Source: Fimbriosthenelais zetlandica (taxonomy: Eukaryota). Taken from it: a DNA stretch of 64,000 nt. Position numbers and translations under genes: made by a program. Each line of letters opens with the position of its first letter. Positions within the stretch are counted from its first letter, which is position 1. Of this stretch, positions 12,839-25,563 are shown piece by piece. Below the pieces are notes generated by a model. It ran no database searches. It worked only from the letters and a program-made list of their open reading frames with translations, and was not told the origin of the DNA. Location of the stretch: contig OZ365115.1 of NCBI GenBank assembly GCA_977030845.1, forward strand, positions 29,202,001 to 29,266,000, in the 5' to 3' direction.

Positions 12839-15800
12839 GAAATCTCCTTTACATTCCTGATTTCAGTAAACTTTACTTGACCTCAAGAATTAATGCGATG
12901 CCTTGAATAAAATAGTTCCTCTGTGCGCCTGTGTCCCTATACACGGCAAATGTCAAGGGTGAAACTGAAATATATGTTATCCTGTAGATGAGGATTTAAG
13001 CCTTAATTAAAGTTTATCCATGGGGTTCATTATTATCTAAAGTGTGTCATTTACCATTTTTAACCGCCACAAATTATGACACCACACGAATCTGGCAGCT
13101 GCTTAAACTGTCTATAGTCCTATGTTTTGATTTCAGTTAAACCCCTGCCATCATAATTGAGTGAGCCAGGCCCTCGCTCTCTATGCCATTATAAAATGTC
13201 AACCGTTCCATTAACATCCTGCCATATCCTGCTGGTTCCTCATTCAAACACATCATACACACCCATTGGATTAATCCCTCCAGGGGACCATAACTCTTCA
13301 CTGTGCAGCATCCATAAATCATATGTGCCAACTTATCGCTTATAGGGTTGATCCACTATTACACAAGCTTCAGGGTAGTGTATGACATGTTTGCCTTTGA
13401 GTTGGCCCGGGAATCCCTTACTATAGAATAGTTAAAAAATATCCCGCTCAACTAACAGTAATAGTGTCCCCCAGTGAAGAACCAAATGAAGTCATTTAAT
13501 CCCTGCAGGACATATTTATCTGGGCTTCAGTAGATCACAAAATATGAACACTCTATATAAAATAATAGATATGGGATACCCTACACAAATATATGTAGTT
13601 TAATTCCAAATTCTAAAAAAAATAATTCCATTTTTTTTTTTTTCTGAACCATCCTCAGGAATGAGATCAGATGCAGCACAACCTAAAGGTACTATTGGTA
13701 TTTAGAAAAAAAGCTGATTGCTCTTCATGCTAAGCATATGGTAAATCATGTGTGGCACAATCAGGCGGCAATGTGACAGATATAATCAGGCTGTGAATCA
13801 GTGGAAATAATACCTATTATCGCCCACACTGCCAGGCTTTACTGCAGCAGTAGTGTACACTTGGTGACAATGCTGTCGGATGCCTCCACAAGCCTCAAAG
13901 ACACCACCATCTAACATGACTTAAAGGTGCCGAATCTAATGTTCATCATCATACTGAGTACGTAACTAACTGAGGCAGAATCCCTTCACATCCCATTTGG
14001 AGAAAACGGTCGACTTTCGCCTACTCCAGATAACTTGAATTTTTTATCACTTGGTGAAGGTTGCTATTCCTTTCAAGGCAGAGCTGCCAGACTAATACTC
14101 ATTACCTTTCTGGTTGGCAACCAATCAAATCATCCTCACAATCACGTGATCGAAAAATGCAAGATAACCATGTCATATCACTTCACGGGCTGCAGTGATC
14201 GGATCTGGTGCTGTTAATTGCTTATTGTTTTTTGCAAGCCATGCAATCTGGACTGAGGCTGGATCATGGTTCATGGATTGTATAGGGGTAGTGCAGGATG
14301 TATTAGGCTTTGATACAGGTGTCTAAACCTGATATTTAACATTGATTAATTTCACAGTATAGTCATTCACTAGCTTTAAGATTCAAAGGGGCACAATCGC
14401 CAATCTATAGAATCTTCAATTAAGCTTGGTTGCCTGTATCAACTGAGTATGCCTCGGTCATTTAAATGTATGCATGCACCATCTTGTATAGTTAATGCTA
14501 AACATGCATAAATTATGTGGTCGATTTTTACATATTGTTTTTGAACTATGTTGAAGCACTAAACCCCTTTATAGCTACTGAAAAGTCTCTGTAGAGAAAG
14601 TTTTTCCCATGCGGAAGGGGAGGTTAAAACATCCATTTGTACAGCCATCTCTCATTGTGTCGCGTCACAAATCGATCCCTGGGGATGGAAGAGATTCCAC
14701 TTAATTGTAACATAATCACTTCAACTTCCTGTACTTTTTCTTCTTCTCGGTTAGAAGCATTGCTTTTTGAAGCAGCATTGTGCAAGAGTATACGACTCTG
14801 GCATGGAGCGTTTTAGGTGTAAGAGGATATTGGCATGATGGCTGACAATAAAAGCCTTTCTGTTGAATGGATCAGCTCCCCCACCTGTGCTCATGTGTGT
14901 GCGTGTCATGGAGGTAGCTATAGTAGAAAGGTTAGACGATACTTAGATACTTGAGCTATGGCATGACCTGCTGCACGACTATAGTCAAACGAACCTTCTT
15001 AAATGGACTTGCATATTGTGACAGCGTGCATTGAATATAGTAAGGACAAAAAGTATACGGACTTATGACATAGACTGATAGAGTGTATAGAGTCTAACGT
15101 ATAGTTTCGTATAATCCTAAAGCACAGACCACCTGCACTTGCGCATTGATCCAGAAAGTCTCATTTATAAATTATCAGAACTTTTTGATCTTTTGCTAGT
15201 TGCCATACAAGAACAGATCAATGAATACCCAGCCTTGAAAAGATTGCAAAAACTTCCTTCCTTCCTTCCTTCCTTTCTTCCAAGTGGATCCGGTGGGTGT
15301 CTCGAGCTCCCGGATAGACGGCCAATCGGAATGTCTTCAGTTTGAGTGACATTTCATCTGTGACAAAATGAGCAATTCAAAGGTTAAAAAAATGTTATTT
15401 CCGTCAGTGCAGGCAGACAACATTCAAATAGGGATTCCTCAAGGAGAGAGGGTGGTCCCTTGGTAATCCATATCCTGCTGCCTGATGCTGTCTTCTGGCA
15501 GGAGGACTGATTGCTAACAGGACCAAACAACATCAGTTATACCAGTACTTTGTAGACAACCAATCCCAAACAGGATATAACTTTCAGCCATAGCACACAG
15601 AGGCCTACCTACCATAAAGGTTCTGCTCCTGCCCAACAAAGAAGTATATGCCTCGATGTTTGGTGCATCATTGCATGATATGCACCCCCTTAAAATGAAA
15701 TAAGTTGAACCAGTAACAATTAGTTACCGTTATATTTCCTTCCCTTGTCAAGACAACAAAAAGCCTTTCTTCCCCAATGACTGTGTAATTTGTCGATTCT

Positions 15801-18268
15801 TTCGTGTACTGTTCTGTCAGTTGTATCCAAGTCAACATGACCATTGCACCCCAAGGGAGAACTTTAATCATGTTGCCAGCTGACATAACTGACCTCAGAA
15901 CTGACAAATAACATCCTCACCGTTTACGATTAATCACCTTATCTGGTCTAAAGCAATTGCTACTACTGCCCCAATATGTTTCTCTGTCAACACTTCAACC
16001 TTGTACATCTGTCAATTCGATGCTCAACGTATGGGGTTCTAGGTCGTCAAAGCTCGCCTATGGTACTGACATATGGCATTAAATCTGTATAATTAATTCT
16101 TGAATTGACTGCAGAATTATTGAATTGAGAAATAAGGGATCCAGTTACGTTACTCTAACATCAGATGCACATATCTACCATGAGTTATGATCTGACACTT
16201 ATGTAAAGAATTGCTTAGGTAGAGTGCATGCCGAGAAGTGATAAATAGGACTCACTCATGTCTCAGGCCTGCGGCTAAGATTTATTACAGTGTTGGAATC
16301 ATGTTATTCGCAGATGATCACGAGCATCATTACCCTCACCATATTGGTGCTTAGTATGCATCCTGCCACCTCTTTGACGCATGATTCATGCCCCAACATC
16401 CATCTCCTCTACACTTTCCTGCCAGTTTGCTGACGCCGCATCGATTCTCCTGACCACTTACTGTCACACTGTCACAAATTGTCTTCTACCCATCTATAAG
16501 TTTGTCACATATTCAGATTGCTGATGCATGATTTTCCTTAATTTTCCCTCAGTTCCTCCAATGTTGAGGACTGTCAAGTGAATTGTGGTTAGGTTATTCG
16601 CCATTATATATACGCGTACAATACCTCAACTTTTCAAGTAGCCTTTCAAAACTTGTTCTCTCAGGAACTTCAAATCACCTTCACAAGTTTAAGCTCTTCA
16701 ACTTGATCCTGCATATTAAGCCTATTTTTCATGGAGGGAATTTTAGCCCAATCAGAGTGCAGGAAGCTGGTATCACATGATCGCGTCAATAATTAATCAC
16801 TCCGCTAATTAGCCAGGATTAATGACGCCCAAGATGCCTTGTTTCCAACTCCAGCCAAGCCCACCAAGGACTGGCTGGTGGGAAATTGGATCACAATCTC
16901 CCCTTTCCTCTGCTCGTCTGCAGTAATGGAGAATTGGATCGCGTTAATCGCAGACATCACTTGTTTGTCGAGGTTCAGTCTTAATTGCTTCACTAATATC
17001 TCACATGGCCAACTCTCCCTCTGCTCGGATCCATTCTTCATCACTTTTCTATCAGTAATTGACGGATTCCTACGAGGGCTTTCTTCCCTTAACATAGAGC
17101 ACCCATATCAGTGGAGTGGCTGTCCATCCCAGCCCATCCACAACTCAGCCTCATTGGGTTCTATATTGGTCTCTAATGATGCAGAGATTGAGGAGTGCCA
17201 GCCATATCTGTAAGGTGGGCATATTATGATATCGATAAGCGAGTTTATGCTAAATAGAATATTACCATACAGGCATGTCGAGAGCTGGGCATGCAGAGCC
17301 GACATTTCAATTTCCTATCCATCGTCTCCTGTCAGCAGAGTGACACTTATCTATCCATCTAACTTCAGAGTTGTTTCAACACAATTCAGCATGCCTCTTT
17401 TTAGCGATAGCATTTTCCAATAAGCTATGAATATTTCTGCACCAATGATTAAATATTGTAGTTGCAAAGCCAAAAGGTCTAATATTGACCATAGCTTCCA
17501 GTGGTTGCATCTCTGAGCAACGTGTATACAGATCGATCTATGCTCGTTGCTCATAGTAAACTTTAGACCTTTTGGATGTTGGGCCTTTTCTTTACATGGA
17601 ACCACCATAGCATCCAGGCCAGAAGGCAGCTAGATCTAGTTCTGAAAGGAATCCTTTGAGACTTTATGCTCGATGCTTTGAGACCTTCCTGCCTTATGTC
17701 AGTTCCCGCCAGCGATCTCTTGTGACCCACAGAATTCATTTTTTGGGGCAAGTACTACTATACTCTTCCCTCGCTTTTGTGTTGTGTAGTCCTCATGTCT
17801 TTGCAGTACATTTGAAAAGTCCCGGTAAACCGGCGTAAAAAGAAAATAGGCTGCTTGGATGATGATGATTTGATGTATGTCATTACTTTTGTTATTACTT
17901 CAAAAGTTATAACCTAGCCTATATTTCTGCTATATGTAACATTCCCTTACACAAACACTCCCATTTCGCCAATAACTTATCGAATACACTGCATTCAGCA
18001 TACTGTACGTAAACAGGTCTTGCATGGTAAAACTGGTGTATATGAATCGTGCGAGGTGATACATGTAGTACATGCCTGATACTGCATCTATTGACTGCAA
18101 ATATTCAGCCTGTCCCTACCCACGCGGCTATCCATCAAGGCACAAGGTGATAGCTGCTTCATTATAAGGTTATTTGTTGGAATCGGCTGGTAGATATGGA
18201 TGTAGCTGGGGCCATTCTTACCACCATGGCTACTATAACTCCTCCATGTATCACTCTAATCTTCTCAA

Positions 18269-18293
18269 CTCTCTCTCTCTCTCTCTCTCTCTC
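18269..18293. repeat. (CT)12 microsatellite
   Basis: Read directly from the sequence. Confidence 0.95.
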
Positions 18294-19021
18294 ACTTATT
18301 CCCCTCACTCCTCCATTCCTCTCATTTCTTGTTTACGACCTTCCGTGCTATGGTTCTAGATGACTGCTCAGCGCCCTCTCAGCTGCCATACTCTTACAAA
18401 CACCTACTATTTTTTGAATTACCAGGAATATTTTATATTCTTATCTCATATGTATGGATCTTTGCAGCAAGTAGGTTCTATGCTTTTACGACGAATGACA
18501 AGTTACCACACATAGAGTTCTATATGAAAAGCGTGCCTGCATATTTGAGGAAGGGGCACTTGTTCCGCCCTGACTACAGACTGTGGATCATCCTCTGAAA
18601 TACCAAGAAGAGATCAATCAATGCTAGAGAAGACAGTGTCATGTCGGGACGACTGAGGGATAGTACACCATCTGAGGGATTGCATATTGGTTACTATACA
18701 GCTAGAGGGAAAAAACTGGGCGAAATACACCTCCAACAAATGCATATAGGATGCGGTACAAATGGAATACACAGGTGTTTTTTCCACATAAGTCCATTGC
18801 CAGGATTTTATCTCAAATAGCTATAAAATATTGTTCAGATAAAAGGCATGCATATCGTAAATTACCCATGAGGATAATTATATTGGTCCTCAATTTTCTT
18901 TTAACATTACATGTCGTAAAACGAGTACACCTTCAAATATGATGCTCTGCGGCTTTGAACTATAGTACTTGTCACAATCCTGCACCCGAGCAGATTCAAA
19001 ATTCACACGATTATTATACAA

Positions 19022-19165
19022 AGAATGTCACCAAATTCTTTGGGATCCTTTGTATGATTGAGGCATTTTGCCTTAGTGTTGAGAGGTGAAGGTGGATAGA
19101 ATGTCATCATTTTCTTTTTGGATCCTTTGTGTGATTGAGGCATTTGCATCGAGAGTTGAAGATGC
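19022..19165. repeat. Diverged tandem duplication, ~76-bp period, 2 copies
   Basis: agaatgtca...ggatcctttgt(a/g)tgattgaggcattt...gagag(g/t)tgaag starts at 19022 and 19098. Confidence 0.85.
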
Positions 19166-22100
19166 TTCAGACACTCCTGTCCTCCCACAAGATTCACCCA
19201 CCGCATATAATCTCAGCTTACTGTAGTATAATTGACCTGATTTGATATATACTATCATTCACCAAGCTCCACCCCTCCCATCAGCCAGACTCTAACATAT
19301 TGTCTCTTATCAAATCTATTAGCAGTCTGTCTGACTATAGATCCAATAGTAGATAACATTCACATTGCCCGAGGCATTCCCATATATGCTATGACCCACT
19401 TGCACCAACCATGTTGGCATTTGGAAGATCAAACTGACTGCAATAATAGACCATTGCATGCTAGAAAAAGTGATGATATATGGCTTTTTTGATATAGATT
19501 ATGTTGCTTCTTGGTGCAGTCCTGATGAATATACACACTAATGTTAAAATCCAAAAGCCATTCATCTGTCCTCAGTAGTGCAGAGCAATGGCTTTGTGTA
19601 TACGACTCTTTGTCAATTAAGTTTGAAAGGGAAAAATTTGCTTTGTAGCTAACTCTGTGTTGCTTTCATATTTTGTGGCAATACTGTATGCGTTTGATGT
19701 TGAGTGCAAGCAAAGAATTATGTTGCTTTGCTTTGGATGGCTTTTGATAGATTAGATTGATTAGTTTATAAACTCAGGAATAAAATTGAAAGGCATACAG
19801 AGGTAATTGAGCATAGCAGGCGATTTCTTCATCCCATTGTTATTATTGAATATAAATACATCTGTAACATAATTTTAGGTTTGCTTACAGGCTGGGAAAA
19901 CAGTCATGTTATCCATGTATCCAGCAGGTCTTCACTAGAGCGAGTCTATGTCGGTGGAGTTCATTAAAAATTGTCATATGATATCCACTATGTAAGCTGA
20001 TTCCATCACCGTGCAGCTCAGCCTGGGAAATTCAGTCTACCCTTCAATGTGAACAAAATATGAGGTGCTATTGATTTTCAACATCTTGTGAGTGCCACCA
20101 GTTGAGAAGAAGGTGTTTCTACGACTGTCATCGACCCTCTTACTCTAAAACATGTTGCCTTACTCCTACCCATTGCCAGCCCGCCCCTGCCCCCTGCATG
20201 ACAGGTTCAGGAAGGTCATCATACGTCACTTTCAGTTTGAGACTGTGGTACTCCTTGAGGAGAAGCAAGAACGCTTTGGGACTGTCATGAGGACACCAGC
20301 TTTAGAGGTCAGCTTCCATGAGACTTGCTTGTCATAAACAAGGACCTCTTTCCAACACCCAGTCTCAAATTAGTTTTCTTCACCATCTGCTGAGCACTTC
20401 AGAACTACCTTGTTGGGCGTAGCCTATACTATTATTTGATATCTTGGTATATGATCTGATTTCACGATCGTTTTCCTACCCAATTCGGCTACCTATGGGA
20501 TGCGGCATTTACCCATGATATACGGGAATAAATACTCCATGGGCAGGAGAAATTTTATTTATAGTGTGCTGCAGCTCAAAATGAGAATTGCGAGCCATCG
20601 GTTCTTATAGTGTACAGCAGGCCTCAGCACTTGTTGGTAGAAGTATGAATAATTTGCCTGATGAAGAGTGGTTATGACCAGCTTGGTCCTGATGATGCAG
20701 CCTGATGTGCGCATTTATCTTTATCTAAGCCTAACTGATAACCTCATGAAGATGTTCATTATGAACCACAAGGAAAGATGCATCACAATCCCCTATAGAA
20801 GTAGGCCTACCTCCCCAACTCTCCCACGGGCTTGTCTTACACACCTCCAAGGTGATCCTTTGTTAATCACACATAATAGATGGTCCTGCCCTGGCTTTAA
20901 GGTGAGAGAGTGTATATAGTGACTGGGAGGGTGGTTTAAGCAGATCATTTATCACATCTAGGTACATCACGGACTAAATTCCATCCGTGTAAATCATGAT
21001 TTATGTGATCTGGGATGTCCGGTGGAATATGGTGTGAATCTGAATGACGTGATAATGTGGGTAGTTGTGACATGATGGGTGTTTTAAGATTTAATCATGG
21101 CCTGGCAGAAGGATCATTGCCATCTGAATGTCCTTATAAGATTACTACCCTCTGTATTTATACATCCTTTAATTCTTCTATAGAATCGTATGCGTTAATA
21201 GTATCTGTCAATATTATCTGTTGCTATGATCTCTGATGATCTGGTGACTCGGTCCAAGCCGAAAGTCACACTATCTGTCCTTTTTGACTCAGAATATAGC
21301 TTCTGTTAGAATCTCCCAGGGAAAATAACAATGAACATTATTGATTGAACAAATTGTAGATATTTCATTTCACAAAAACTTATACTTTGTCGATGGCTAA
21401 AGCTGCCAATCGTGTTAAAAGGACTTGGTCCATCGTCTTTTCATTTTGCTCAGTATAGGCCTACATATTGGTGTAGACAATCTTGTTTTCGCTGGACCAA
21501 TGACAGTTGGCGTTGGGCTTTTATCTAATAGACTTCACTTGGCCTTTCTCGGCTCATCTAATTCTCGGGTCTTCGGGTCTGACCACGGACCACTTTACCT
21601 TGATCCATGAGTAAACCCAACTTGATGCCTGCTGCAAAGGAAAGCATTTCAGATGAGAAGGGGGGAAATTGTACCTTTTACTGACCTGGATTTTCCCTCC
21701 AGCTTTTCCAATCTCATCTAAATAATGATCTTTTTACAGTGAGAAATACTGTCCTTGAAAACGGCAGCCTAAAATTCTAATGTTCCAGTAAAAACCCCTT
21801 AAATGTACACGGAGATGGGACTATATACAATGAGTCCTTTCTCAGTGATAAATATAACTGATATTATTATGGATGAATTGAAAGACAGTTTAGTCCCTTC
21901 CTGAACGAGTAGGTTTATGTGGCTGTGTGTTTAATTTTGCTTTCCACGCGGACGTCGTTCAAGAATTCTGGCCAAGATTGATTTTTGTGGAATGAAATTT
22001 GATATTCCAATCAAGGCTTCTTTTACCTGCATCAAGGTGCACGTTTTTGTTTGCCTCATCGAGTTTCAGAAAAGTTTTTACTCCTTTTGCATCATTCACA

Positions 22101-25100
22101 TGACAGCCCTGTTATCGATGAACATTAATCTTTATTGAAAATCTGATTCCTGGAAAATGGAGAAATTCTCGTTTTTGTTTCGACATTCACTGATTGGAAA
22201 AGTTGAATAATCTGAATGGACCTGATTCCATTATGGTTCAGTATGGTCTATGAGGAATCAGATGGTGGTAAAAGACATTTACTGGAAACATTGCATGATT
22301 AATAACCTTATTTTAAAGCAGTCTGCATTTAATATTCAGAACTTATTCGCCAGATGTGGCCTTCCTCATGTTTATAATGTGGAGCACGATGCCAAGGATG
22401 TAATGGCTTCTGCTGTGGGACTCTTGGTGACTTTGACGTTTCATACTTTTTTCCCAGGTTTCTCAGTCCATGCTGTTTTACATCCTTAAACAATCTATTG
22501 TTGTTATCGGCTTTGCTTCGCACTCTTTTATGTTGTTCATTATCTTGCTGGCTATTGCATGCCTCATACCTCTTGTTTTTTGCCTCTTCTTACTTTACTT
22601 CTATAATACCATAAGATATTGTTATTTATATCAATATTATTATGGATATTTGCGGAAAACGTTCATCTAACATCTGGAATAACATGCAGGGTCAACTATT
22701 TGACATGTTCATGAGCTTCATATGCCTCCATCTGGTCGCATCTTATTCACAGTGCAACTGCTATTGTGCCTACTATTCAAATAGAAGTATTTTTACATAG
22801 AATAGTTTGAAGGAGGTCTAGACGCCCAAATCCGGGTCAATAGAACTGGAGGACAACCAATAGGGCCAGGAAAGGACCAGCACACGCCCTATTTCCTCCC
22901 ATCATAACATCTTGGACCTCTCCCAATCTCTGTAATTTGATAAACGACACTGCAGACACCCCCTCTAAATCCCCCATCCAAAGTCGATCTTCCATTCCAA
23001 TTTGGCCATCCAGACTATCCTCGCATGGCCAGTGTGTGCTCCAAGTAGGGTAACTCGACCTCGTAGAAAGTTCTCAAGGATATTTTGCCAGGCAAATTGA
23101 TTCCCACCGCTATAGGAACCAAATCCACAGGCGACATTGGGGACGTGATGTTGGAGAGAAATAGAATTCCGACCATGTCCTTCAGCCATGCTGTATTCAA
23201 ACCGTATTGATATGATGATTCACAGTTAACCATGCAATAAGTTTCTTCATGGAAGCAAACAATACTCTCTCAACAGATCGAAATGCACTTTTCATATTGC
23301 GCTTATCCACTACACTTTCTTTCTGTATAATATTCATACTGTCTTCATCTCAGTCTCCTCATGATCTCTTTATATCTTCATTCCTCTTTTCAAATATAAA
23401 TTTATATATATATATATATGCTTCTCATGGACTGAACACGTAAAAACATTATTTTCGCCTTTCAACCTTTCACCATTAATTCCTGCATTGCAGCTTCATA
23501 TAACAAGTTTTCCTTACTTCCTTTTCAAAGAATATCCTTTGTGTGCAAATGAATCAACTGTGTAGAGCTTTTTCTTAGTGTTCTAAACGTTAATGGCAAG
23601 AATGTTAACATATTTCTGTTAGCTTCCGCTCAATTGACAAAAATGGCAACCTGAAGGGAAGCCTGGAACAGATGATTCGTTTGAATTGTGCGAGATCTAT
23701 CTATTTTGAAGTTAGTCTTTTGTAAGAATTAACTGCCTAAAATACTTTTGAAATGTGGATCTCAATTTCCTTAAGAGTAAACTTTGGCCTCTGATGAGTT
23801 GTAATTTATACAGTGTCAGAAACTCCCATGAGAATGGAGATGGTAATCTTTGATTTCCAACTGCCTGCAGCCCATGTGAAGTATATGTCTATGAGCACAT
23901 TGTAAATGCACAGCCAAATGCTGAGCACAAGGTAGCAGCTGCTACTGCCAGACCACATGGCCCTAAAGGCCATCAAACAATTTGGAGCCTTCCCTGAACG
24001 ATACTGCATAGGGCTTGGATGGTATATTGCAGCCCCGAATTGGCCATATAACGTGAGGGGGTCAACGGTTGTATGGAAATTCAGGCGAAGCTTGACTGTA
24101 TGAAGCCACCCCCAGTCAATCTAATGTTAATGGGGAACTGCATCATTTATACCTCTTCAAGTTGTCTATTGTCACTACTGTTGGCTTTTTGTAATGCGAC
24201 TTGCACTTGCATCTGGAACTTCTTAAAGGTATGCCCACACAGCATGTGGGCGTCATAATACAGTCAGGGTCCATTATGGCAATGCTTGACGCCTGCATCA
24301 ATATTGGAGACCATGCAATTTATCTATTGTGCATGTGTATGGGCTTGTTGCTCAATAAGCTGCAGTCAGCTGCATCTTGGAAGCTGCTGAATAAAAAAAA
24401 TAGCAACAACTCCATATGCAATGGATAGAGTCTATATAACTGATCTTGTGTGCGCGACCTGCACCATCAAGACAGGTACGGCTTCATACAAGGGATAAAC
24501 TCTTAAGTAATGTCTGTCCTTATAAGTGCTGTATAAATGATTGGCCAAACGGGTGGGCCTGACTTAATAAAGTTACCAGAAGATTGCCATGAAGTTATCC
24601 TATAATAGGTGCTTAGTGCGCTGGAGTGCAAACAGTTGTGAAATGGTGTATACCTTGATCGACCAACCACAATGGGAGCATTCGTTCCACTAGCTGTAAA
24701 TAATCTTGCAATAGCCTGATGTTCTCTTCCCACTGTGAGAGCCAGGACTGGCTCTTTGTACTTTATCACTGTCGCATCCAATCAAAGGGCCCCTTCAAAT
24801 CACATGTCGCTGTCCGAGCCAATCAGCTCAGGGGCTCAAATCACTTGGCTCTGACACCATTAAGATACCATCGCTAGGACTATCGAAGAAGATAAAAGTC
24901 AGAAGGGCCACTCACTCCCCTATATCATCCCATATCACATTGCAAGTGACTTATAAAAGTAATAGTGCCAGGGTTACCCACGTATAAGTCGGCCATTTCC
25001 AAAGAAGCACAACCTATTTCCCGAGAGCCAGACAGCAGTCTTTTCCATTTCAAGGACTAAGCTGGTTTCCCTTCTGGGCTTTGCCAACATCTTGTAAATA

Positions 25101-25520
25101 GGACCAAGGGATTAGGGTGAATGGGCAAGTAAATGATCCATTGAGGCCATCATCTTGGCTTGATTTACTACCCTTTTCCACTTTACTCCCGAGTCTTTGT
25201 GCTTGGTTGGGGTATCAGGCTATCGGGAGGTATGGGCATCATGTAGATTAGGGTCAGTCATTGCAATGTAGCCTATAGTCGACTGATGGGGAATGTTGAT
25301 GAATTATGGTAGAAATAATGTCTTATATATCCCATATATATTGTATAACATCTCAGGCAAGTGATATTTGAGGAAATAGAAGGCTTCATCGCCCCTGCTT
25401 TAGTGGTCGGGTTTAGTGTGTGGGCTATAACTACTAACATAACGTAGTAGTATATGAGGATGAACGCCTTGCCCAGGATAGATATACCATGAGATACAGT
25501 CTTACCTAGCATGTAGTCTC

Positions 25521-25563
25521 TGTTGAAAATACCATTCACAATTGTTGAAAATACCATTCACAA
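25521..25563. repeat. 22-bp tandem duplication
   Basis: tgttgaaaataccattcacaa occurs twice in tandem. Confidence 0.85.

Noticed and set aside
16805-17305. Overlapping ORFs on both strands (96-124 aa)
   Set aside because: No recognisable domain or splice signals. The openness is explained by locally higher GC, and the region is more likely regulatory.
21612-21644. 33-nt minus-strand exon candidate (tttgcag|QASSWVYSWIK|gtaaag)
   Set aside because: The splice signals are plausible, but no partner exons or homology could be found.
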